Positions 36,701-51,700 of a stretch of 64,000 bases of DNA are shown piece after piece. This stretch comes from Callorhinchus milii. Lineage: Eukaryota. A program made the position numbers and the translations under genes. The notes beneath the pieces are model-generated. The model ran no database searches and had not been told where the DNA came from. It saw only the letters and a list, made by a program, of their open reading frames with translations. Within the stretch, counting starts at the first letter, position 1, and the number at the start of each line of letters is the position of its first letter. The stretch lies in NCBI RefSeq assembly GCF_018977255.1, contig NW_024704742.1, forward strand, positions 104,844,001 through 104,908,000, written 5' to 3'.

Positions 36701-39700
36701 CCTTGGGATGAGACTCTACACCAAGGTCCCGTCTGCCTGTTCAGGTGAATTCAAAGGGAGGTTCTCCTAGTATTCTGGCCAACAATCCCTCAAATAAAAT
36801 TGGTCATTCACTTCATGGGCATTTTGTGACATTGCTGTGTGCAAATCGGAGTATTTTGTGCCTACAAATACACAGTCACTACACTTTACTGTATGCTCCG
36901 TGAGGCCTTTTGAGACGTGCTCCCATTGTAAAAGACACCACACCAAATGCAAGGATTATTAAATTAAGGTTGACACATCAAGCATTTCTACTCAAATATA
37001 AAAGCAGACCTCACATTTCCAACCATCATGTGATCATAGAAGACAGCAAAGATAGACAGCATGTGAGTCAGTCACTGGGAACGATTTGTTGGAGAAATTT
37101 GAGAGCTGATATTGACCAAAAAATAAGAAAGAATACTGTCCAACATGTTCCTCTTTAAAGCTTCAAATATTTACATATGTTTCAAATGTAGCATAAATAC
37201 CTGGAAATCGTTCAGGTCAGTATAGAACTGATTCTGGCTATTGATATCTGTGACCAGCCTCATGACCATCTCCCGATTTTGTTCTCTCGTAATATCGACA
37301 ATATTTGACACCTCCATTGACAGTCCATCGATTCCTGAATAACAAAATATGTGTGATCAGAGCAGAGTATAGAAACATTTATAAAAATATGTGACATGTT
37401 ATGCAATTGCAAGTTACATTTATTTAACAACATTCACGATTAGAAGGATGTATTAAAACTCTTCTCTGAATCAAAGACACACCCCTTTTCTCTGTAAAGG
37501 ACAGAATATTGCTTCCAGCAGGTGGAATTGTGTCACACTATTCTGTCAATGTGCTTTTGGTTTATTTATTAAGGAATCTTTTTAGGAATCAACAGCAATA
37601 ACAACTTGCCTTTATATAGGGCAATGTCTCAATGATTATGGTCAACTTGGGTGACATCAGCACAATGAAAAGCCCTGAAATTATCCAACAAAATATTTCC
37701 CCGTGGAATATTTGCAAATAGTATAGAGCCTTTTTCGATTAGATTTCAGAACAGAATAAATGATCAGCCCATTTCCTATTTAAAGCCATCTATTTGTGGT
37801 ATTAGCCTGGCTGCACAAAACAGAGCAATTGACATGACTCTTAAATACAATGCAGCTTTTAGTTCTGATTTTCAAATATTTGAAAAGTTCAAGCACTGCA
37901 AACTTAAATGACTAAACAAATGGAATACACAATTACAAGATGAAAAACGCTAAACTGAATGAACAAAATTAAAATGAGATTTCAAATGATCGACTCATAG
38001 ATCAACTTTTTATTAACTGTCGCTAAATGCAGCCATTGAAAATTAAAATATTAATCATGGTCAGAAAGCTGTTTACTGCTAATGAAGATATTGCACAAGA
38101 ACAAGCTAAATAATAGCTTAAGATTGTAACTTCAAAGTGAGAATTAAATACAATTTTGCAATTAACCTCTACTGGATGAGGTTGCTCTGTCCAGGCATAT
38201 TAAGCCTTCAAGGGTTACCTGTGTGGAAGCAGCTATTCTATGCTTTTACATATAGATTTTATGGATACGATATATCTTTTTGCTCAAAAACTACAATAAC
38301 AACAACTTGCTTTTATATAGCGCCCTCATGCAAGGTAGTGTTTGAACAGTGGGGTTCAGGCAAAGAGGGGACAAGCTGGAGGGATTGAAGCAGGGAGTTC
38401 CAGAGGTTCAGACAGTAGTGGCTGAAGGCACAGCTGCTGATTTGTCAGCCAGAGAAAGCACATGGCTCCTCCCCATTAATTGGGGTGGACTAAGACATAA
38501 AGAAGTGGGCCCCAGGTAATATAGAAAAGGAAATGTTCTCCAGTGGAAGTAAACAATCCATATACATTTATTTATTTTTATGGAGTCAAAAATGCATATT
38601 CGGGACTTGGATATGGAACCAATGCTCTGTTCTGACATGATCTACTTCTGAAGGGGAGTTTCTGTGGGATGGCGTGATGCACCTTCCACATGAAGCAACT
38701 TCCAGAGTCACTGCTTCCAAATGAATTGATGATTGTGAAAGCAACATTTTTAACCTCAATATCTAGTGCCATTATTTTCAAAAGAAAATACTCCCTCTAA
38801 ACTCTTTTTAAATGCACCTTTGAGTGCAGGGAAAAAAATTGCAGAAACTTTGCACAGGAGATTAAACGTAATTGGGTGATGTTCATGACATGACAAATAT
38901 ACATAATAATCTGCAGAACAAATGAAAATAGGTCTTGTTCCATACTTATGCTCTGGGATGCTACCCCGTATGAAGGATGCTATATAAATGCATGTTGTTG
39001 CTGTTGTAACAGGGCAAACAGAGGTTTTATGGTATTGTAGCTCAGTTGAATTTCAAAATCTGCATTTCAAATGATCTGAAATGCTTTTGAATGACAAAGA
39101 AGTACAAACTAACCCATGTCATCATAGTTAACAACCTATGTGCACAACTTTACAATAAATACATCAAAGGAATTGACAAGAGGCAAGCTTCATTATTAAT
39201 TAATTGTGTCCCAGTGTCCTGTGGATAGAATACCCATACATTTTGACGGTATTCAATCTTTTCCTTTGAAAAAAAGAGTTTTCCCTAGATAGAAAAGTTC
39301 AGCAACTCATTACAACATGACTGCAGGCTTGTTATTTTTCATAGCTGAAACCATTAGAGAACATGTTCTGTTAAGAATGGGTAGAAAAGCCATTAGCCTT
39401 AAATCAAAAAATGATTTCTCAGGGTCAAAGGCTCCTGGGTCATTGAATGGTAACTTGTTATGCAGTATGTATTCACCCACACGTTTGCTGCAGAGCAAAA
39501 TTGAACCCATATATCATGACAGATTATGTCCATATCTTTTTGTGAAAAATTACGACATTAGATAACCCATAGCAACTTAATATTTATAATAGGATTGGAG
39601 CTGTCAGAAAATTGTATACTTATATCTTCTCGTCAGTATGTGAAAAATTACATGACATTAGATAACCCAAAGCAACTTAATACTGATGATAGGATTTGAG

Positions 39701-42700
39701 CTGTCAGAAAACAGAGCTCGCTCATGTATAATGGTTACATATGACTGAAAAGGTGCCAAATAATTAGTTATGCAAACTAGTTTCGCTCATCAATGGAAAA
39801 GGCTAAGAGTAACGTTTCCAAACAATTACATTCATTACAATGTCATACCATTTAATTTTCAATTTTCTTGCAACAAATAACGGAAAACACCATACTTAGA
39901 ATTATACCATTGACCACAAAATAACTTCACTTCAGCTGTGGAGTGGGACCGTATTTTATAATCTCGGCGCATGAACATAACTTGATGTTATGTTTTCTTG
40001 ATGTCTGTTTTTTTTGCTGATTTAGGTTACAATTCTAAAGCAGTGCTGGGGGCATGCTACATTTTTGGAGGTGATTCGTTCAGAGGAGACATTAAACCAA
40101 GGTTCAATCTGCCTGTTCAGGTGGACAATAAAGATCCCATGGTACTATTGGAAAAGGGAATTGCTTCCTTTGTCTGGCTCATGAATCACCCAAATAAAAT
40201 TGGTCATTCATTTCATGGCTGTTTGTGGGACAGTACTATTTGCAAATTTGTTACCATGTTCGTCCACAAAATACATCGTTATCACACTTTACAGTAATAT
40301 CCAGTAAAGCGCTTTGAGACATCCTACTGATATGAAAGGAATTAAATCAAATGCAAGAATGATTATTACATTATTAGAACCGTAAAAATTTACAGCACAG
40401 AAGAAGGCCATTTGGCTCACTGTGCCAAATCATTGTTATCATTAATAATAGTAAATTGCCAGTTGCAGGTCAATTCAATATATTTTAAACATGTTTTGTT
40501 GAGAATTACTGGACTGTTCATTGGATCCCCCAAGACATTTCAACGGATCATGAGACTGTGTGAGCCCAATTTGATTGGTGCTCACTGTTTATTACTGCAT
40601 AGAGGCAAATTTAATTTTCCTAAAAATACACGGTAGGGCTCGAGCATAAGAACATAAGAATTAGGAGCAGGAGTAGACCATTCGGCCCCTCGAGCCTGCA
40701 CCGCCATTCAATAAGATCATGGCTGATCTATTCTAACTTCACCTACCCGCCTTATCCCCATATCCCTTAATCCCTTTATCCACAAGAAATCTATCAATCT
40801 CAGTCTTGAATGATTTGTCCTGACTCATGCCTAATGTCTACTTCCAAACAGACATTATAAATGCAGGATTAAATTGGTTTTAGACACTGCAAAATAAAAA
40901 AAATACAAACAATCCTCAGTAGGAATTTTTTTTGCATGTTATTAGATCACAGTGTGAAGTACGACTGCATGTTAGGTGTCTGTCTTGCTTCAAGCAGAAT
41001 ATGACATATTGTAGTTGAGACAAGAGAAACCAGAGCACATGGAGTTAGTTCTTCAGAGAAATAAAAAAGACATTTGGGGTTAATGAGAGGAAACTGCAAC
41101 TAATATTGTTTTTTTTCTTCTCCGATATATTTTGGACTGAATCCTTTCTTATTGATATGGGCTGGAATGCTAGTGATCTGTTGGGGGAAGAGTGATTACA
41201 CAAGTAATCTCACAATAGGGTCGAAGAAAATGATTGCCACCATCAGAAAGTGGAACATGAAAGATGTTCTGCTATGACTGCATCCTTTGGCTGTAAAGTT
41301 CCTAACAGATACGAGTTCCTGCAGAGATTTTCCAGCTGAGGTTTCCAATACTTGACAATAAATTTATGCCTACTGCCCTGAGGACATGTTGGACAAACAG
41401 TAACTAGACTAAAAACAAGATTTCAATCTATGCCACCTCCCAACAGGACACCCTTAAGAGCTAATTGTGTAAATAAGGGTATACATGCAATTTTCACAGT
41501 TGTGCAAGGATTGTGACAAATAACGGGCATTTTGGAAAGAGTTTTAGAGCTAGAAAATGGCTAGGAAAGGGATTTCTTTTAATACCAGCTGCAATCTTGG
41601 AAATGCAACCTCAAGAACTTGGCAATGTGCAAGTAAGGATGTTTGATACAAGGGAGAACTACTCTGATATTTGGCTGATAAGCTAGTCAGGCTGGAAACA
41701 ATGACTGACTTCATTAAGACTATTTTTTTCACTTGTGACAAACAATTTTAGTTCAAATTACAGATAATCTCCTGATTGTTACTTCTCTGCTGATCATATT
41801 AATAATGACAAAATAATTGTTCATTAATAATGAATAATGGAGTCCTATAGCTCAGTGGTTAGAGCACTCGCGAGAGACCTGGGTTCGATTCCCTGCACGA
41901 ATAATCCCTCAAGAAAAAAAAACAATAATAAAAAAAATTGGTCACTTCAGTCCACGACTGTTTGTGGGACACTGCTGTGTGCAATTAGCTGCCACGTTTC
42001 GCCCACAAATATATAGTCAATTCACTTTACAGTATATTCTGTGAAGCACTTTGAGATTTCTAGAAGACGTGAAAAGCGCAATATCAAATCATAGAATCAT
42101 AGAATTGTACAGCACAAAAAGAGGCCATTTGGCCCATCGAGTCTGTGCCGGCTCTTTGAGAAGAGCAATGTAATGTCAATCCTACTCCCCAGCCCTTTCC
42201 CCATAACCCTGCAAACCCGTCCTCCTCAAATACCCGTCCACAGCGTTTTTAAAAGTTGTTATCGAATCGGCCTCCACCACCCCTTCATGCAATGCGTTTC
42301 AGATTCGAACAACCCGCTGCATGAAAAAATTTCTTCTCACCTTCCCTCTGCTTCTTATAGAAACTATTTTGAATCTGTGACCTCGAGTCACTGATACACC
42401 CACCAGTGGAAACAGTTTTTCCCTTTCTAACCTATCAAATCCCCTCATGATTTTGAAGACCTCTATTAGGTCTCCTCGTAACCTTCTCTGCCCCAATGAG
42501 AATAATCCCAGCCTCTCTAGCCTTTCCTCATAATCAAGGTCCCTCAGTCCTGGTACCATCCTCGTAAATCTCCTCTGCACCCTTTCCAATACCTTAACAG
42601 CCTTCCTATAGTAAATGCAAGGATTATTATATTATTATAAATTCCAGTTGCATTTAGCTTTTCGTGTTTGTGGTACTGTCCTCACTTTTGTTGGTCAACA

Positions 42701-45700
42701 AAATAAATGTTTCTTGTTCAAATATTTCTTGATTTATGCTAAATATATGCTATTTTGTTGTTTCCATGACTATTGGCCAACCAAAAAGATTGGCTATGAC
42801 TGCTCTATGCACTGGAGGCAACTCCTTGAAAACACTGGCTGGTTTTACAGACTACTTGTTCATACTTTATAAGGGAATATTTTGGAAACAGCAGTCCTGT
42901 CCATACAAAATCAAGAAGACAAAGCTGCATTTCAAGCTTGATGTCTTTCCGGATATGAATAAAAATTGCGGACAAACAAAAGAGATTTTGCAGGCAATGA
43001 AAAGCTCTAACAGGGAATATTGACAGGGCTGCATTTTAGATACAACTAAATACATTTTAATGCAATTTTATGTCTAAAGTAGAAAGTAGGGCCCAAGATA
43101 CTTGGGTGATTGCACCCCCGCCCCTATCCACTCATACATACACTCCAGTAGCATTGATTGGAATGAATGAACTCATCCGTGGCATTCACAGGGTTAATAT
43201 TTCTCCAAAACACTTAATGATTTCAATCTGTATGTGGAATTATTGCTTTGAATACTTCTAAAATAAACATCAATTGGTGATAGGAAGCACGTACAGAAGG
43301 AATGTTTTGTGTGGTAAATTGAAGCTGTTATTTTTGAGGCCAAAAGTTTCCTTTAAATTGCTTAAAAATTCCCAGACAGCATTTGTATTTTTAGTAACTT
43401 ACCTGACTGGCATGGAGACGAATTTTCCCATTATTTGTATCCATATGTTTAACATTTTTAATTAAAACTGCAGCTCATCTTTCCTGACTTTAAAATGACT
43501 GATTATGTTTAATAAATCCCCTACTGACCATGAATAGTTTGCTTCTAAAGTAGGTTAATAAAAGTGAAAGTACAAGCATTTGTCTGAAACATAGCTGAAG
43601 CACCCATCTTTGCGATGCTATCACACTGTTCTTTTCTCAATTGCTCACATTCTTTCAGTTGAAAAGAAAGTCCATGTAAGCAAGTGTGAAAGTTTTTAAA
43701 CGGCCTATGAGAAATGAAGATTTTGTGCTTCTTTGCCAAATAGAGAAATCAAAATAATTTTAAATTTAATTTTAAAATCAAAACGGCCACTTTTATTGCC
43801 ATGAATAAATAAATTTATTCTTCACCAATCGCAAAAACAAAGAGAGATGCACATCATTCTCCTAAAATTCAGTCTCAAGCATGTCATTAAGGACAGATTT
43901 TAACAACATGTTTGTAAGCAATCCTTATTTATCATTGTGTAGAAATACCACAATTTTGATTTTGATCCTTTGTTTATTTGATTTAATATTTAAAAGGTAC
44001 ATCAGGGATGCAAAGAAATTAATTTGCTCTTTACAGATGCAAATATATATTGTGGATAGAAACACTCAATAATAACACTATTATTCTTTAAAGACGTTTT
44101 GAAGGCAAGGCGAGAAGAAGCAAGACAAAGATTTTAGAAGACAGATCCAGAGAGCAGAGGCTGAAGAATCAACAACTGATGATGGATGAATTCACTAAGC
44201 AATAAGCGGTAGAATTGGAATCAATGAACTACATTTAATATAAGCTATAAGTAATCATTTTAATTCGCTCTGTCACAACACAAATTTGCAATACCCCACA
44301 GGTTAAACATAGTGTACCAAATCATAACATTCCTTCACTGATGATTCTATCCGCCTACTTGGATGTTCTATCATGGTGTCATGAAAAAAGTGAGAACCCT
44401 CTCATGTGGATTCATTTCACCTAATTTGTACTAAGGATTTCAGCTACTGTATTTCCCAGTAAAATGTAAATATGGCAATGATAACATAGTGGTATTGTTT
44501 TCAGATTTCCAAATACTCTAATAATTTTGAGAGGAATAATTATGTACAAAACATAAAAATATGGTAGAAGTGCAACTGATCTTACCCTGCACATTGTTGA
44601 GCCGGACTGAGTGTGTGAAGTGTTCATAGATGCACACTATCTCCGAAAATATTGGGCCACGGGTTATTCTCAAGATAGGGGGTTTTGAAGAAAAATATGG
44701 CTGTAAGAGGAAATTTAAATTATTAAAACTGGATAATTTATTTTAAGTAATGAATACACAGTTTTACACTATATCTTACAAAAAGTCTGGGGCGACGGGT
44801 TTTGAACCCTAAATTTTGTTTTAAAAATGCTTATGAAGAAAACATACAATCAACATATATAACAGGCTACAAGAACATTACAGTTTTTTTCCTTTCATTT
44901 CAACCATTTTCCAATATCAACTGTATAAATTATCCAAATGCATCCTACAAATCACATTTTATCTAAATGAGCTATGAACAATACATTTGTGATGACATTT
45001 TTAGTATCAGGTCTGCCTTGAGGGTACATTCGTGTCACAAATGATAACACATTATTTCACAAATATACAACAGCCACTACCTAGGAATTGTCCTGCCATT
45101 CCCCACCCCAGCCACCCCCACCCAGGAATTAAGTCCCTGGTCAAATAACCAATTTCAAAATTATCAGTCAGCTGCCAAAACGTATTCCCTTTAATGTAGA
45201 AAGTAACACTGAGTAATCGCAACACTGCTATTCATCCATAGTTTTTCCCTGGCTGGTTGTGCCTTACATATACCCTGCAGTGGGTATGGAATGCACTATA
45301 GATAGTGGCTTTAAAAAGCCTTCTAGCAATATCACTCTAGTGGCCATGAGTGAAAGTGCCCCTAAATATGAACAATATTTTCTCTAGGGAATCACCTTGG
45401 CAGGACAGAATGATGAGGCATTGGCACAGACTTAAAATCTCGTAGTACTCCATGACTTTAGGTATTGTACAAACGATTCCCTTGAGAAAAAACTGTATGC
45501 AAAAACTGTTTTTGTGTATGCAAAACACATACACAAAAAAATGAATTATATCTGTTATATGAAAGTGATTGTTTCTTGAAAACTGTAAATTAAATTAAAT
45601 TCTGATAGGTAAACATAAGAAAAAGATTCCTTTTACATTATTCAGTTCACTTGTTATTCATTTTATCACTTACAATCATAACAGACTCAGGAATGTTGAC

Positions 45701-48700
45701 AGTAGGTGACCTTTTATATGTAAACATTTTCTACCTTTGCCTTCATTCAAAAGAATATAAGCAGCAGTATATTAAAGATGTTCCCTTCCAAGACAACAGC
45801 ATTGTGGCATGACAAAACATCCTACCCTGAAATAATTTTAATGGCAATTTGTCTTGAAATGAAAATATACAGAAATTCACTCCATCTATTTTGTCAAAGG
45901 GAGAGAGCTTGTTTTCACAATCTATGTTTTAGTTTACACTGTTGATCTTTAAAAAAAACTTTTGCTGAAGCTCTTCAGTATATGAAGTCCAAAATGCAAA
46001 TATATGATGAAATGTTGTTGCAACAGAGAAAACACAATGAAAACAAAATAACCTGTCTGAAGAGGAAAATTTGATTTGAGTGCAGCATATATTATAAGCA
46101 AGTCTGTTGGGGAAATGATAGTTCCACCTGACTGATGCAATTTTGGTTTTAGTTAGTTTGAGTTCAGATTTGGAAACAGTTTCAAAGCTTGCAGGGGGAA
46201 ATAAAAAGGCTTTCTGGTTAGTTACTTGATCTATACAGTTTTAAGCTCAGTTATCCTGTAAAAGCAAGATTAATATTTATTTCTCAAACGTTAATCATCT
46301 TTTTAATCTAAAAAAGAGTCTGCCAAAATTATATTCAAATTCTTAGTTTTCTTTTTGAGTAATCTGTGTCCGTATGAATAATATGTTTTTTACTCTTAAC
46401 TATTAGTATCTACGGTACATTTTTGGGGTCAGCCGAGCATCTGACCCTTGTGGAAATTGAAACTATCAAAACCAATGAGATATTGAGAATTTGTCACAAG
46501 TTGTAAATGTTAGGCAGCAATAGTGGGGAAAAGAAGCCGCAGGATGAGAAAAGAACATTTGATTGCATTAAGCTGCTTCTTCTGCAGCCCATGCTAACCA
46601 CACATGGTGAAAAGATGTTATATATGAATCTCCTTGAATCTTAAAGCTAACCAAACAAAAACTCCAGAATATTTATTCATCCACACATCTTCACTACCTG
46701 GCTTACTTTCTCCACTAACAAAATTCCACCTCCCTTGCCCTAAACCACAGAAGCACAGAAACTATGTCCTATGGAGAATTTTCATCTGATCGCTCTTGTC
46801 CCCACACAGCTATTCTAAAAGAGATACCCATTTTTAAGGGAGCTAATTAAAGTTTTAACAAATGGTTCGGTCATGATGATTCTGTTCCACATGTCTACTA
46901 TGGTGTGGAGGAAAAATCATTCTACTTCATGTCCTGTTTGAGGCTTTTTAATTTTAAACCAATGCTCTCAGTTTCTGCTGTTATGGTTATGCTGTTATGG
47001 TCTGAGGCAAATTGGTTGCACATTCAAATTGGTTGCACTTTTCAAGCCCTTAAAAAAGGATTTTAAGATTCCGAAATGATTTTTGTAAGTACAAATAATT
47101 AACCTTTTGCTCTCATTAAGTCATTTTGTTTACCTCCAAAACAGATTCACTTCAACGAGATTGTTTCTTCTCTAATAAGGGCAAAGGACCGATATGTTGG
47201 ATTATATTTCAATTGCAAACTCTCATCATTGGGAGTATATGGATTATAAAGCCTGACTGAAAAAGAATCAAGATAGTGAAAGCTTAGGAGGAAACAAATG
47301 TATAGGCTAGATAGACAAGGCTACAAATAAAAGAATAAAATGACAAATGGGTGAGTACAGGTAAAGGTTTTGAATTGTTTAGTTTATTTAGAACTTTTTT
47401 TAATATAATTTTTTCACAAGCAAAATTTCACTTTCCAACATCTCTACCTTGCCCCAAGCCCCAAGATACCATTATGTGGCAGAGAGAAGTTTGTTACCTC
47501 AATCTGCTCCTGCCCACTAGTGCACACAGCTAGGTCTTTAATAATGTGCTTTCTCAGCATATATGAGCTAAACGTGTACAGTTAGTTGGCCCACAAAAGC
47601 TCCATAGGTTCGTCTAAGAGTTAACCCTCCTAATTAAACTAGCCCAAAAAAGTTTTTTCTTTAAGTTCATTAGAAATTACAAATAATTGATGACTTTTAC
47701 CAGCTTTCAAATGAATTATGACCAAGTGATGTTTTTCTGCTCTACTGTAATGAAGTCATCTGAAGCTGAAAACCTCAAGAGACAAAAGTTCAAATCCACC
47801 CCCCCCCCCACCCACCCTGCCTCAGAACTACAGAAATAGCGCCCTGATCTGATTGGCATTTAATAGTGAATTAACATTTGCCAGTGTGTTCGGCCTTCAC
47901 GACTGCAGGACACTCACGGATTTGGACCCAAGCTTTTAAATAAAATGTATTTAAAAATATCTGTTATGTTATATTAATATATAATTATATTAATATACTA
48001 TAACACAGCCTAAACCTACATCAAATCTAGCACCAGAACTAGGAGTATGTATAATAGTCATATTATACTTTTTAATAATGGGCGATTTGGGAGGTTAAGA
48101 ATTGAGAAAACATACAGGAGCTGAATATTGCAGCACACTTACACCAGCCTTCAAATTTGAATCTTTGAACTATTGCTCGAGGGAAGCTTTGCTGAGCCAT
48201 ATTTTTGAGCTTAATCAAAATCACTATAGGTCTCCACTGCAAATTTATACCTTCATTAATGTAAGACGTGTAACCGACTGTCAGCAGAGAAGGCAGCATA
48301 TTCTTAAAATTACATTTGAATTTTAATGAAGCACCGGGCACATTGTTGAAATTAGAGCAATGCAGATTTATTGTTCAGCATTTCCATGCTAACATGTATT
48401 ATTTCTGAGTTCAATACACTCTGAAAATCAGGGTGAGAAGACTTCAATCGCGAGATTTAATATGATGTATAGCACAGCGATTCATCAGATAAAATTGCCA
48501 ATTTCAAAGAGAGATAAACATAACTTATAGATTTACATAATACAATTATGCTTACATTCCCAAATATGGTTTCTGTGAGCCTTCTCTGAACACATAAAGA
48601 ATTGAATTATTGCAATATATACATACATAACTGGATAATATCAAACAATTAAAATATAAGTCTGAGATAAATGAAATTTTAATTGAAAGTGACTTCAATT

Positions 48701-51700
48701 CTACTTATTTGATAAGAGAATGCTTGCGGTATGGGAGAAGCTAGGGAGAGTGGATTAGGGTGGAGGTTTTTGTGGAGTATAAACCCCAGCAAGGACTAGT
48801 TGAACCAAATGACATATTTTTGTACTGTAGATTCTATGTAAAAAAGGAATCTCTACAAATAGTATTACAGTATTTGGAGAAACTAATTCCTGTGAGGTCT
48901 ACAACATGATCTATCTATACACAACATTAAATTGCTTACATAGATCATAATATTAGCTTTAAAATAGAAACACATAATGCATAATAAAAAAAATCCTAAA
49001 TAAAAGAAATTATGAAAGCATGCACAGCGTGCAGTAAGTGATTTTGGCTTCCCACATACTGGTCAGCAATTTGAAGCACTGATGGAGCTAGTGCACTTAT
49101 TATGGATTTTTCGATAAGTAAATATCAGAGGCTACATCCGAAAAAGAAAATGTGCGCTATAACAAAGCATTGTATAAAAGGCTTCTATTGTTTTACCTTA
49201 GCTTCTCCATCAGGTAGAAAGAGGTAGGCACCACTCTTGTCTCGGTTGCTTGTTGTTCCGTACCACATGAACTGAATATTTATCTGATGTTCCTTATCAT
49301 CATCCTTGGTCTTTATTTTCTAGGGGAAACAAACAAAGAATTTGGAATAACATCTGAGCTTTCAAAGTACTGAAAATATAACTCAGTAATAATCTTGCAT
49401 TTCCTTGCAATTCCTTGAAATTGGAATTGAAAGGATTAGTTGAGGTACCAATCAGCCATGATCTAATTAAATGGCGGAACAGGCTTGAAGGGCTAAAAGG
49501 CCTCCTCCAGTTCCTATGTTCCTTACATTTGATATAGCGCCTTATCATGACTTTGAGACGTTTCATAGCACTTCAGGAGTACTGTAAAGTGTGTGACTGT
49601 CTTAATCTTTGAGCAAACCCAGCAGTCATTTAGTACATTTATTCATTCATATAGGCACTCATATAGTCATGACTGACACTCCAATGCAGTGCTGGGTGTG
49701 TGCTGCATTGTTGGAAGTGTTATATGTTAAGAAGTATTATAAAGTGTTGTCCTTTGAGTGTGATGTTAGGGCGAGGTCCTAGCTTGTTCAGCTAGATGTT
49801 CAAAATCCCACGACTCTATTCAAAAACAGAAGGGAGGTTCTGCCGGTTTTCTGGCTGACAATCTCCTCCATATAAATTGGCCATTCACTTCATAGCTGCT
49901 GCGGGACATTGCTGTGCACAAATTGGCTCCTAATGTGAAAGGAGCTAAACTAAATGTAAGAATTATTATTATTATTTGTATTTATTATTCAAATCCCTAA
50001 TTTATTAATTGTGACTTTCTTTTTGGCAACATTGTATTGCAAAAGCTGTGGATGGCAACATGAATCTCGAGCTGGCAAAGTAAAACAAAAGGCTAGCAAG
50101 CAAATTAGTGGCTATGAATTTCGCAATCTGATATTCTAAAACGGGAAACTCTTATCTAACCATCCAGGATCAATAATCTCAGCAGAATTAACAAAACTTC
50201 TTGCGCTTACAGTGTGGCCCTGTTATACTTCGTTGTAGCATGGTTATAATGAAGGTGCCCTGTGGATCTCATTCACTTTTGTATACATACTGCCGGTCCA
50301 CTCACTTTCCGCTCATTGGCCAGCTCTTGTGTTAAAATGGCTGACTTTCAGTTTATTGAGATGCCACTAACAACACTTTGCACAAGCACAAAAGTGACGT
50401 AGGCGATAAACTTTTTTTATACAGTATGAAGGGAATGAGCTGGCTGGGTGCATGCGTGTGCAGTGAAATCTATATCTTGCTGCGGTTGTGATTTTATGGA
50501 TCCCAACCACTGTGTTATAACAGGGCTGTAGTGTTATAACTATAGTGTTATAACTATATCCTATTTTTTATTCCTGTGTAATAACAATAAAAATTGGTTT
50601 CAGTTGATTTATAACTACTCCTGATTTTCCTTTATTTGCTCTTTGTATCTGCATTACTGGGCAATCAGAAAACTTGATCACTGAAAGCAGTAATCTAATT
50701 CAATTTCAGTATAGAGGCACAGAGTTGAGATAATCTCTAAATTCATTCTCACAACTAGTAAGACTGTGAAAAAGAGGAGGAAATGACTGATGAATTAATC
50801 TACATAGGCTCCCGTGGGTCAGTAGATTGCAAGTTCCAGCCCTACAATAGGATGTGATCTCCTATTCTAGGCTGACACTCCCATGCGGTGGTAGTGGTGT
50901 ATTATTGGAAGGGCTGTTTTTCAGAAGAGATGTAAAACCAACATCCATTCCATCTGCCCTCAGGTGAAAGTCAAAGATCGCAGAACAGTATTAGAAAAGA
51001 GAGGGAAGTTTTTTCCAGTATCCTCGTCAACAATCCTCCAGAATAATTGGTCATTCATTTCATCATGGCTGATTAAAGGAACTTTTAAAGTATAAATGGC
51101 TGCTGCACTTTCCAACAAAAGCAGTCACTACATTTGGCAGCAAATACTTGGGAAATGCTTTGATAAAAGCACTATAAAAATGAAATTATTTCTTGATGAA
51201 ATTCAATATGTATTTTAGAATCCACTACACTGCACACTTTTGTAAAAACTGTTTTAATATTGATTTAAATGAATTCCAACAAGTATATGTGTTTCATATG
51301 TTAAAGGCACTAGAAACACTTATTTTGAATGAATTCCTAAAAAGGATTTAAGCCTGGAGATTGAGGAATAGTATAAAAAACTGAACTAAATATTACAATC
51401 CGACAGAACAACAACAACAAGCTTCCATTTATTGAGCGCCTTTCACGTCGGAAGGACGTCCCAAGGCCCTGGACAGTTGGGTCAGGACCCGAGCAGGGGG
51501 GAAATGGTCAGGGTGAGGGGAGGGAAGGGAGGGGGCGAGGAGGGGGTAGAGAGTCGAGAGGGGAGCTGAAGGCACGGTCAAAGAGAAAGATCTTGAGACC
51601 GGCCTTGAAGGAGGAAAGGGAGGAGGCGATGAAGGCACTGGGGGATGGAGTTCCAGAGCCTGGGGGCTGAGAGGCTGAAGGCCCGGCCACCGATGGTAGA

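Noticed and set aside
39422..39434. DR1-like nuclear-receptor site GGGTCAAAGGCTC
   Set aside because: A single imperfect short motif; unsupported without conservation or chromatin data.
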